DNA of 15,134 nt, taken from the NCBI GenBank assembly GCA_041576165.1, contig JBFGLM010000082.1:1-15134 (forward strand). Reading direction: 5' to 3'. The stretch comes from Acidimicrobiia bacterium. Its GTDB lineage: Bacteria > Actinomycetota > Acidimicrobiia > Spongiisociales > Spongiisociaceae. A program made the position numbers and the translations under genes. The notes beneath the pieces are model-generated. The model was given only the letters and a program-made list of their open reading frames with translations, was not told the origin of the DNA and did no database searches. This document shows positions 1-7,558 of this stretch, piece after piece; positions within the stretch are counted from its first letter, which is position 1, and each line of letters begins with the position of its first letter.

Positions 1-1215
1 CGGCGCGCCCGGGGCCACGACGTTGGTCGGGTTGTCGAGGGGCGCGCCCACCGACAGGTCGACCTCGCCGAAGCGGCCCTGGTTGAAGTTGCCCGAGGCG
101 TAGAGGGTCTGGGCGATGGTGATCTCCATCCCCTCGACCCACTCCCAGTCAGACACCGCTGAGACGGGCAGCGACCACGACGCCGGGGCCGTGGTCCCGG
201 TGGCCGGGCATCCCGTCACGCTGACCACGTTGGTGATCTCGGTGAGGTCGAAGAACTCGGCCACAGTGCCCCGTACCCGCACGGTGTCGCCCGGGCTCAC
301 CGACCCGGTGCCGTTGTTGAACACGAAGATGCCCTCCGAGGTGGTTCCGTCGCCGTCGAAGTCGGCGGTCTCCTCCTGCATGAAGAAGCCTCCGAGTTCG
401 CTGCCGGCCTCGAAGTCGCCGGTGACGATGCCCTCGATCTCGCGGATGCTGCCCGCATCGGGGAACAGCGCCCCACCCTCCTGGATGTCATGGATGAGGG
501 TGGCGCTATCGCCGCAGTCACCGATCGGGTCGGTGGCCACCGTGATGACCGAGTTGACCGCCCCCGGGGTGTTCTCCGCCTCCCCGACCGCCGGCGAGCC
601 GGGAAAACCCGGGAAACCGAAGCCGTCGAAGTCGTTGCGGAGCCAATCGCCGACGGCGTCCGTGTCGGTGCCGTTGGGGATACGGGAGGCGCCACCCGGC
701 GTGAACGGGATGCCGTCGAAGTTGGGGCTGAGGACGGTGGACGAGTACGTCTGGTCCGAGGCGCCGCCGTCGCTGATGGCAATGTCGTCGACGATGCGGG
801 TCCAGGGCGTTGAGTCGAAGCTGCCGTCGTTGTTGGTGTCGAGATCGTTGCCCGCGCTGCCGGAGAAGTTCTCGACCAGGAGGATCGTGATGGTCCCGTT
901 CTCCATGTCCTCCGGGTCGGTCCAGAAGCCGCCGGCGTCCGTGGCGCCAACGGGCAAGACCGCGTCGATAGTGCCGGCGCCGCCGCTGTCGCCCTCGATC
1001 TCCAGAACCGTCATTGTGGAGTAGTCGGTCGCCGGGTCGCCGAACACCTCCACGAAAGCCTGGGTGTCGGCACCGGTGTGGTTGGCGACGAACTCGTTTA
1101 TGACCGGGTCGGTGGCCGCCAGGGCCGCTCCCGGCAGCCACGGCAGCCACGCCGCCACCATGGTGACTGAAACAACGAGCTCGAGAATTGGTTTTCGCAT
1201 CCTGCTTGCTGCCAC
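1..1215 (-). CDS. Secreted ExeM/NucH-family extracellular endonuclease, N-terminal part (runs off the window edge)
   Basis: Not in the ORF track; translated manually. GTG at 1215 (alternative ATG at 1200) follows AAGGGGAGG. Signal-peptide-like MRKPILELVVSVTMVAAWLPWLPGAALA, then lamin-tail-like VINEFVANHTGADTQAFVEV, then OB-fold motifs typical of ExeM/YhcR (TLIHDIQ, EGIVTGDF, GGFFMQEE, DGDGTTSEGIFV, GDTVRVRGTVAEF, WEWVEGM, GRFGEVDL). The catalytic domain is outside the window. Confidence 0.82.
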   Translation of the reverse strand, partial: MAASRMRKPILELVVSVTMVAAWLPWLPGAALAATDPVINEFVANHTGADTQAFVEVFGDPATDYSTMTVLEIEGDSGGAGTIDAVLPVGATDAGGFWTDPEDMENGTITILLVENFSGSAGNDLDTNNDGSFDSTPWTRIVDDIAISDGGASDQTYSSTVLSPNFDGIPFTPGGASRIPNGTDTDAVGDWLRNDFDGFGFPGFPGSPAVGEAENTPGAVNSVITVATDPIGDCGDSATLIHDIQEGGALFPDAGSIREIEGIVTGDFEAGSELGGFFMQEETADFDGDGTTSEGIFVFNNGTGSVSPGDTVRVRGTVAEFFDLTEITNVVSVTGCPATGTTAPASWSLPVSAVSDWEWVEGMEITIAQTLYASGNFNQGRFGEVDLSVGAPLDNPTNVVAPGAP

Positions 1216-1584
1216 GATCCTCCCCTTTGTTCGTGAGGTCCTCCGGTGAGCGTCCGGACAGAAACCGGTCACCTGGCCCATCGGTGACTGCTGCTCGCCT
1301 CCCTCCCCAGGTCCGGCGGGACCGGTTTGACGCCTCGCCGGGCCTGCCACCCACCTGGCAGTGTGCGGCAGGCCCGTGTCCCGGGCACCGCCGCCGCGCC
1401 GGCATGGGCGCCTCCCCGCGAACCTAGCCACACTGAGTGGTCGCGAGGGGGTCGGTTACGGAATGTTTTCGCGAACTCCGGTCCAGCGTCGCCCACACCC
1501 CATCGCCTCCGTCCCTCCACGACCAGGTGCCGCGCTTCCGCCACCCGACCGGGCCTATGCCGGCAGCGCTCCCCTCCGCTGTTC

Positions 1585-1610
1585 CTTAACCCGCACCGCA
1601 CCCGGCCGAC
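1585..1610 (+). promoter_or_regulatory. Putative sigma28 (FliA)-type promoter for flhB-flhA
   Basis: CTTA(1585-1588)-N16-GCCGAC(1605-1610); same geometry as three other intergenic copies. Confidence 0.65.
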
Positions 1611-1667
1611 ACGAAGATCGACGGATCAGGAAATGGCCACGGAGCGGCTGCGCCCACGACCGATGGG

Positions 1668-2708
1668 TTGAGTCGCGTGCCGAAGCCCGACCAGACCGAG
1701 AAGCCAACTCCGCGCAAACGGCGCCAGGCGCGCCGCGAGGGCAACATCGCCAAGAGCCCCGAAGTGGCGGTGGCTGCAGGCATGCTGGTCACGGTCGGGG
1801 CAGTGCGCATCGTCGGCCCCTTCTCCAGCAACGTCATCCTCGAACAGTCGGAGCTGCTGATCCGCGCCTCCGCCGGACAGTCCTTCGACGTCATCCCGAA
1901 CAGCATCATCACCATGTTGCTGGTCACGGTCGTCCCGGTGCTGGCGATAGCGATCGTAGCCGGTCTGATCCAGGGCTACGGCCAGGTCGGCTTCGTATAC
2001 GCGCCCGCCGCGGCCAAGCCCAAGCTGTCCAACCTCCACCCCAAGAAGGGCCTCAACCGGTTCAAGCCCGGCGTGATCGCGTGGGAGTTGGTCAAGTCGG
2101 GCCTCAAACTAGGCCTCTTGATCGCGATCACGATCGGCCCGCTCACTTCCAGCATCAGTGAGATCTACCGGGCCGGCTCGTTCTCGGCAGCGGTCGGCAT
2201 TGTCACCTCAACCGCGTGGGTGATTCTCCTGCGCGCCACCGTCATGGCGGTCCTGATCGCCGCCGGCGACTTCGCCATCAACTGGTACCGCACCAGCCGG
2301 GGCCTGCGGATGAGCGTCAAAGAGATCCGGGACGAAGCCAAGTCGTCTGAAGGTGACCCCCACGTCAAGGCCCAACGGCGCAAACGAGCCGCGGAATTCA
2401 GCCGGAACCGGATGATCGCCGAGACGACCACGGCCGACGTCGTCGTCACCAACCCAACGCACCTGGCAGTGGCCCTCAAATACAAGGCGGGCGAACCGGC
2501 GCCGCGAGTCGTAGCCAAAGGTGCCAACCACCTGGCCCGTAAGATGCGTAAGACCGCCCGCCGCTACGGGGTGCCGGTCATCGAGGACAAGCCGCTGGCG
2601 CGCACATTGTTCCGGTCCGTCAAGGTCGGATCGTTTGTTCCATCGGTGCTCTTCGAAGCAGTGGCGATGCTGCTCGCACTCGCGTACCGTCGAAGGATGC
2701 GGCGATGA
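1668..2708 (+). CDS. flhB: Flagellar export substrate-specificity switch protein FlhB
   Basis: N-terminal TEKPTPRKRRQARREG, hydrophobic TM segments, EGDPHVK, autocleavage motif VVTNPTHLAVAL, APRVVAKG. Start uncertain (TTG 1668 or GTG 1677). Confidence 0.96.
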   Translation: MSRVPKPDQTEKPTPRKRRQARREGNIAKSPEVAVAAGMLVTVGAVRIVGPFSSNVILEQSELLIRASAGQSFDVIPNSIITMLLVTVVPVLAIAIVAGLIQGYGQVGFVYAPAAAKPKLSNLHPKKGLNRFKPGVIAWELVKSGLKLGLLIAITIGPLTSSISEIYRAGSFSAAVGIVTSTAWVILLRATVMAVLIAAGDFAINWYRTSRGLRMSVKEIRDEAKSSEGDPHVKAQRRKRAAEFSRNRMIAETTTADVVVTNPTHLAVALKYKAGEPAPRVVAKGANHLARKMRKTARRYGVPVIEDKPLARTLFRSVKVGSFVPSVLFEAVAMLLALAYRRRMRR

Positions 2709-4771
2709 ACTTCCGCACCGCCGCGGCCGGGCCGCTCTTCCTCGTCCTCATCGTGCTGATCATGGTCGTGCCGATCTCGCCGGTCGTGCTCGACATGCTG
2801 CTGGCCGCCAACTTCTCTTTCGCGATCCTGGTGCTGCTGGGCACGCTGCTGCTCAAGGACTCTCTGGAGTTCTCCGTGTTCCCCTCACTGTTGCTGGTGG
2901 CAACCCTCACTCGGCTGGCGCTGAATGTGTCGTCGACGCGCCTTATCTTGACCGACGGCTACGCCGGCAAGGTGATCGACACCTTCGGAAGCTTCGTGAT
3001 CGGCAGCTCGGTGGTAGTCGGCCTCGTCGTATTCCTGATCCTGGTGGTCATTCAGTTTGTGGTGATCACCAACGGTGCCGGGCGAGTGGCCGAGGTGGCG
3101 GCCCGGTTCACCCTGGACGCCATGCCGGGCAAGCAGATGGCGATCGATGCCGACATGGCGGCCGGCCTGATCGACGAGCACGAGGCCCGGGAGCTGCGTA
3201 AGCGGATCGCCAAAGAAGCCGATTTCTACGGGGCGATGGACGGGGCGTCCAAGTTCGTCAAGGGCGACGCCATCGCCGGCATCATCATCGTCGTCATCAA
3301 CCTGATCGGTGGCCTCGCCATCGGCGTCGGTTCGCAAGGGTTGACAGTGAGCGACGCGGTAGACACGTTCTCCCGGCTCTCGGTCGGGGACGGTCTCGTC
3401 AGCCAGATCCCGGCACTGCTGATCTCGCTGGCGACGGGTTTGCTGGTCACCCGGGTCGGCTCGGACGATGACATGGCCGGCGAGATGCGCGCCCAGGTGT
3501 TCGGCAACCGCACCGCATTGCGGCTCGGCTCGATCATCGTGGCGGGGATGGGCCTGCTGCCCGGCCTCCCCACCATCCCGTTCTTCCTTCTCGCCGGGGT
3601 GCTGTTCGCTGTTTCCAGCCGCTCCCCCGACGGCGCGCCCGAAGGTGAAAAGTCCCCGACGGCGACCGATCCAACCGAGGCGTCACCGGAGATAACCATC
3701 AGCCCTGACGATCCCGAGGCCCTCATAGCCGACATGCAGGTCGAGCCCCTGGAGCTTCACCTCAGCTACGACATTCTCGATTTGATCGATCCGTTGAAAG
3801 GCGGTGACCTGCTGGACCGCGTCAAGTCGTTGCGCCGGTCGATGGCGAGCGAGCTCGGGTTGGTGATGCCCTACGTCCGCACTCGTGACGACGTAACGCT
3901 GCCCGCCTGGAACTACCGGATCCTGTTGCGCGGGGTTGAGGTAGGGCGCGGCGAGGCGCCTCCCAGCCAGTTGCTGGCCATCCCGGGCGGAGAGGACGGC
4001 CCGCTGGCCACGGTGGGGCGGGAAACGGTGGAACCCGTATTCGGGTTGAAGGCGTACTGGATTCCCAACGAGAGCCGCGAAGCCGCGGTCGCCGCCGGCG
4101 CCACGGTGGTGGACCGGTCCTCGGCCGTCGTTACCCACCTCGGCGAAGTCGTCCGCACCCACGCCGCGTCGTTGCTGTCCCGGCAGGACGTCCAGATGCT
4201 GGTCGACGGCCTGCAGGAGGAGCAGCCGCTGTTGGCCAACGAGGTCGGCAGCGAGATCCTGCCGATGCACCTCTTGCACTCGGTGCTCCGCGGCCTGCTG
4301 GCCGAGCGGGTGCCGGTCCGTGACCTGGAGACCATCATCGAGGCGGTCAGCGCCGTTCCGGCCGAGCGCCGCACGCTCCCCAACCTGATCGGCGCCGCCC
4401 GGACCGCGCTGGCGCCAGTGATCGTGGCCCGCATCACGCCCACCGGATCGCTCAGCGTGCTCACGCTCGATCCGTTGCTGGAGAGTGGATTTCACGAAGG
4501 CCTGCGGGAGGCCGACGGTGAGCTCCACCTCGTGCTGGCGCCCGAGCAGTCCCAGCAGCTCCAACGCGACCTACTCGAGGCCGCCACCCTGGGCGCCAGG
4601 AGCGAACACCCCTGCGCACTGGTGTGCGGCCAGGCGCTGCGCAAACCGCTCCAGCGCACCATCGACATGTTCGGCATCGAGTTGCCCGTTCTGGCGTACT
4701 CGGAGCTGCCCTCCCATGTGTCCGTCATACCGATAGGAGTGATTGGTAATGAAACAAACGCCACCGTCTAG
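2705..4771 (+). CDS. flhA: Flagellar export gate protein FlhA
   Basis: FHIPEP signature RVAEVAARFTLDAMPGKQMAIDAD, FYGAMDGASKFVKGDAIAG, VGDGLVSQIPALL; 688 aa; ATGA overlap with flhB. Confidence 0.97.
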   Translation: MNFRTAAAGPLFLVLIVLIMVVPISPVVLDMLLAANFSFAILVLLGTLLLKDSLEFSVFPSLLLVATLTRLALNVSSTRLILTDGYAGKVIDTFGSFVIGSSVVVGLVVFLILVVIQFVVITNGAGRVAEVAARFTLDAMPGKQMAIDADMAAGLIDEHEARELRKRIAKEADFYGAMDGASKFVKGDAIAGIIIVVINLIGGLAIGVGSQGLTVSDAVDTFSRLSVGDGLVSQIPALLISLATGLLVTRVGSDDDMAGEMRAQVFGNRTALRLGSIIVAGMGLLPGLPTIPFFLLAGVLFAVSSRSPDGAPEGEKSPTATDPTEASPEITISPDDPEALIADMQVEPLELHLSYDILDLIDPLKGGDLLDRVKSLRRSMASELGLVMPYVRTRDDVTLPAWNYRILLRGVEVGRGEAPPSQLLAIPGGEDGPLATVGRETVEPVFGLKAYWIPNESREAAVAAGATVVDRSSAVVTHLGEVVRTHAASLLSRQDVQMLVDGLQEEQPLLANEVGSEILPMHLLHSVLRGLLAERVPVRDLETIIEAVSAVPAERRTLPNLIGAARTALAPVIVARITPTGSLSVLTLDPLLESGFHEGLREADGELHLVLAPEQSQQLQRDLLEAATLGARSEHPCALVCGQALRKPLQRTIDMFGIELPVLAYSELPSHVSVIPIGVIGNETNATV

Positions 4772-5711
4772 TGACATGACGCGGATCGTGGACCTCAGCG
4801 AGGAACAACTGAAACCGTCGCCGCCAGCCGCGGCTGATCCATACGCGACGGGGGCCGATGCCCGCCGGGGTGTGACGGCCGTGCTCGACTCTATGGTCCG
4901 CAACACGGAAGAGCGGGAGCGCTCCTTCGAGAAGGCCCTGCGGGATCAGGTGGCCCGCCACACTGCCCCGGTAGCGGCCGCGGCGCCGGCCGCTGCTGCA
5001 CCCCCAGCCGCCGCCCCCGTGGCCCCGGCCGAACCAACATCAGATCCCGAGCCACCATCGCTTGTGCCCACAGCCGAGCCGGATCACGCATCGCGCCCGG
5101 TCACACCGGTACCTCCCGAAGCGACACTGCCGGCGCCCCGCGTGGACGTGGAATTCGGCATGTTCACTGCGCTGGGCAGGCCCGGGTGGAGTCAGTCGAA
5201 GCTCGAATACATCGGGATGCCGCCCGTGTTACTCGAGCGCACCAAGCAGCTGGAGCCGGCCGCCGACTTCAAGTGGATCGAGGCGTTGGTGCGGGCCGCC
5301 ACGCCGGTGTGCGCGCCGGTGGTCGAGGCGTCGTCTCTGCTGATGTCGTGCGACCACACGGCGCTGGCCGGCGCGCTCGGCCTCCCGATCCACCGGCCCG
5401 GTGAGCTGCCCCCCTACGGCGGCTCGATCTTCTGCCTGGTGGACGATCTAGAGAGCGCCCGCGATTGGCTGGATCGAATCAAAGGCGACCGGATGGTTCA
5501 TGTAATGCTCAGCGACGACCGTTCCGAGCAGCTGCTCGAGCTGGGTCCGGCCGCCGTCTCGTACGCTTCGGAGATGGGTGCCGCCCGGGCGCTGCGCACG
5601 GCGCTGGTCCATGAGATACCGCTCACCTTCGGGGTCACCCATGACGGTGAGCCGATCCGGGCGACGCCGCTCGATGTGGCACTGTCGATCCGGAGCTGGA
5701 TGCGACAGTGA
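4749..5711 (+). CDS. Hypothetical protein in the flhF position; possibly a GTPase-dead FlhF-like protein
   Basis: ATG 4749 with AGGAG at 4735-4739, overlapping the flhA 3' end. Pro/Ala-rich linker; C-terminus loosely resembles the FlhF end, but there is no GxxGxGKT, DTAG or TKxD. Confidence 0.7.
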   Translation: MKQTPPSSDMTRIVDLSEEQLKPSPPAAADPYATGADARRGVTAVLDSMVRNTEERERSFEKALRDQVARHTAPVAAAAPAAAAPPAAAPVAPAEPTSDPEPPSLVPTAEPDHASRPVTPVPPEATLPAPRVDVEFGMFTALGRPGWSQSKLEYIGMPPVLLERTKQLEPAADFKWIEALVRAATPVCAPVVEASSLLMSCDHTALAGALGLPIHRPGELPPYGGSIFCLVDDLESARDWLDRIKGDRMVHVMLSDDRSEQLLELGPAAVSYASEMGAARALRTALVHEIPLTFGVTHDGEPIRATPLDVALSIRSWMRQ

Positions 5712-5935
5712 TGATGGTCAATGTGCTCAGGCGGGCCGCCGCCATCGGTGGCGTCGTGTTGATGCTGCCGATCGCGTTCATGCTGGCGACCGGGCAACTG
5801 TCTGCGCTCGATGCGGGCATCCGGGCCGGCATTACGTTGCTCGGCGTTCTGGCGGTCCGGCGGCTCGCCGGTTACCTGGCCTGGCTGGACACGTCGATGG
5901 CGGGCGCGCCGACCAGTGGGCAGGATCGGAGCTGA
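5708..5935 (+). CDS. Small membrane protein (two predicted hydrophobic helices)
   Basis: GTGA/TGATG overlap with the upstream stop; hydrophobic stretches AAAIGGVVLMLPIAFMLA and AGITLLGVLAV; ends 11 nt before the convergent flbD stop. Confidence 0.65.
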   Translation: MMMVNVLRRAAAIGGVVLMLPIAFMLATGQLSALDAGIRAGITLLGVLAVRRLAGYLAWLDTSMAGAPTSGQDRS

Positions 5936-5946
5936 TGATACGACCG

Positions 5947-6198
5947 TCAGTCGCCGTCTTCGAGGTCGGGGACCAACGTCAGCCGCGCGGCAGCCCCCGA
6001 GCGAAGCTCGTCGGCCGCCACCAGGAGCGCCGCCCGGAAATCGCGAACCCGGTCCACGATGACCTCGGGCTCTTCGGCGACTACGAGCCGCCGGCCGTCG
6101 ACCATCGTTATGACCGTATCGGGGGTGCCTTCGATGCTCTCGATGAGGTCCGCGTTGATGAACACCGCTTCTCCCCGAAGCCTGTGTACCTGGATCAC
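5947..6198 (-). CDS. flbD: Flagellar FlbD/SwrD family protein
   Basis: MIQVHRLRGEAVFINADLIESIEGTPDTVITMVDGRRLVVAE matches the FlbD pattern (I.L.RL.G...lN.dLIE.iE.tPDT.Itl..G); GGAGG RBS. Confidence 0.92.
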   Translation of the reverse strand: MIQVHRLRGEAVFINADLIESIEGTPDTVITMVDGRRLVVAEEPEVIVDRVRDFRAALLVAADELRSGAAARLTLVPDLEDGD

Positions 6199-6225
6199 GA
6201 AACCTCCAATGTGGCTACCCCCTTC

Positions 6226-6254
6226 ATATCGTCATCCGGCATCCATCCGTTGAG
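6226..6254 (-). promoter_or_regulatory. Putative sigma28-type promoter for flbD
   Basis: Minus strand CTCA-N17-GACGATAT, one mismatch to the GCCGATAT -10, in the gap between the GGDEF gene and flbD. Confidence 0.5.
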
Positions 6255-6269
6255 CGAAGCCGCCGAGAC

Positions 6270-6791
6270 TCAGGACAGGACGATGGTCTCGATCGCTTGG
6301 GCGGATTCGGTCGGGAACTCGGCAGCGCCCAGCAATTCCTCGGCGGTCGTTTCTCCGGTTGGAAAGGCCACGGCAGCCTCGCACGGACCGGGCGGGAGGT
6401 GCCGCCGCACCCGCTGCCAAACCTCGCGGCCGGTGCTGGGCGTGAGCAGCGGCAGCAACAACCCGATCGTCCAGTCGCCCCAGGTGCCGGCGACGTCGGT
6501 GTCACGTAGCGAAGCGGCGACAGTGGCGGCGACATGGGCGCCGTCGGCGGAGGCCGGCAGGCGGATCGTCAACACCCCCAGCGGATGGCGGATGCGTTTC
6601 TGCCATCGCAGCTGATATTCGATCATGTCCAGCAGGGCGTTTCGACTCTTCAAGCCCGTGCGAGGGTCGTACAGCGACGCAACCTCGAGCGCCAGCTGCA
6701 GCTCGGCAATGCGTTGTTCGGCCCGACCAAGCCGCCTGGCGATGAACTCGGCGGGCTCGGTGGCGTCCCCGTCACCCGTCTCGCTGACCAC
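6270..6791 (-). CDS. Degenerate GGDEF-domain protein with N-terminal coiled coil; RxxD I-site retained
   Basis: Coiled coil (RRLGRAEQRIAELQLAL), YDPRTGLKSRNAL (DxLTGLxNR-like), LRDTDVAGTWGDWTIGLLL aligning to LRxxDxxxRxGGDEFxxLL, and AVAFP...TAEELLGAAE. Confidence 0.78.
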   Translation of the reverse strand: MVSETGDGDATEPAEFIARRLGRAEQRIAELQLALEVASLYDPRTGLKSRNALLDMIEYQLRWQKRIRHPLGVLTIRLPASADGAHVAATVAASLRDTDVAGTWGDWTIGLLLPLLTPSTGREVWQRVRRHLPPGPCEAAVAFPTGETTAEELLGAAEFPTESAQAIETIVLS

Positions 6792-7010
6792 GTCTACCCA
6801 CCGTCCGTTCGGCAGCCGGGCGACGGTGCCCTGACGAGGATTGGCGGGCCGGATGCCGCCATTTGCCGGTGATCCGACCGTCGACCGACCACAACTGAGA
6901 AGGGAATGAGCCTATCACGACGAGGCCCTGCCACCATCCCGCGGCCCGCCGGGCACGAGCCACGCCTGCGGGGCTCCTGCTGGGACGCGCCCCGACAATT
7001 CGGAATATTC

Positions 7011-7036
7011 CTAAAGAGTGCCGTCGGCGTGCCGAC
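7011..7036 (+). promoter_or_regulatory. Putative sigma28-type promoter for flgN-flgK-flgL-fliW-csrA
   Basis: CTAA-N16-GCCGAC (equivalent to TAAA-N15-GCCGA), ending 9 nt before the flgN GTG. Confidence 0.75.
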
Positions 7037-7045
7037 TGGCCGAGC

Positions 7046-7558
7046 GTGACGACCAACCCGCATGACCGGCGCCTGGCGGATCTTGCCAGAATCCTGGGGC
7101 TCGAGCGCAACCTGCTCGAATACCTGCTCTACAAGCTGGTGGCGGCGCGCTTGCTGATGGCCGGCACCGACCCCCGCTACATCATTCAATCCCTGGTCGA
7201 GGTGGAAGATGCGCTCGACCGTGTGAGAGTAATCGCCGGGAAGCGGGAGGCTGCCCTGACGGAGATCGCTCGAGCCGTCGGGCTCGAACGCGACCAGCTG
7301 ACCATTTCCCGCCTGGCCGAAATGGCCTCGCCGGCGACCCGTTTTGTGATGTACGAGCTCAAGCACGAGTACGTGCGGCTGGCCCACCAGATCGAGCAGG
7401 TGTCGAGCGACAACAAGCGGCTTGCCGATTTGGCGCTGAGCACCACCGCAGAAGTGCTGAAGAACCTGGCCGGTTCGCCGGCAGGCGTGACCTACGACCA
7501 GCGCGGCAGCTCGCACCAGGCTCAGCCGCGCCCGGTGCGACTGGACGAGGTGATCTGA
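7046..7558 (+). CDS. flgN: Flagellar export chaperone FlgN (actinobacterial type)
   Basis: LARILGLERNLLEYLLYKL...LLMAG..RY pattern, helical, C-terminal VTYDQRG...RLDEVI; TGATG-coupled to flgK. Confidence 0.85.
   Translation: MTTNPHDRRLADLARILGLERNLLEYLLYKLVAARLLMAGTDPRYIIQSLVEVEDALDRVRVIAGKREAALTEIARAVGLERDQLTISRLAEMASPATRFVMYELKHEYVRLAHQIEQVSSDNKRLADLALSTTAEVLKNLAGSPAGVTYDQRGSSHQAQPRPVRLDEVI

Noticed and set aside
116-1024. 302-aa plus-strand ORF and the 518-1405 minus-strand ORF in the track
   Set aside because: Antisense or alternative-frame shadows of the nuclease gene; Ser/Pro- or Arg-rich composition typical of GC-rich off-frames.
1428-1468. Further BldD-like boxes CCAC-N5-GTGG and TTAC-N5-GTTT
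   Set aside because: One or two mismatches at conserved positions and over 100 nt from the flhB promoter; could be chance.
4963-5130. GC-rich low-complexity stretch
   Set aside because: Encodes an in-frame Pro/Ala linker; not a mobile or regulatory repeat.
6808-6835. Possible sigma28 promoter for the GGDEF gene (minus strand GTCA-N18-GCCGAA)
   Set aside because: Good -10, but mismatched -35 and over-long spacer; not supported enough to list.
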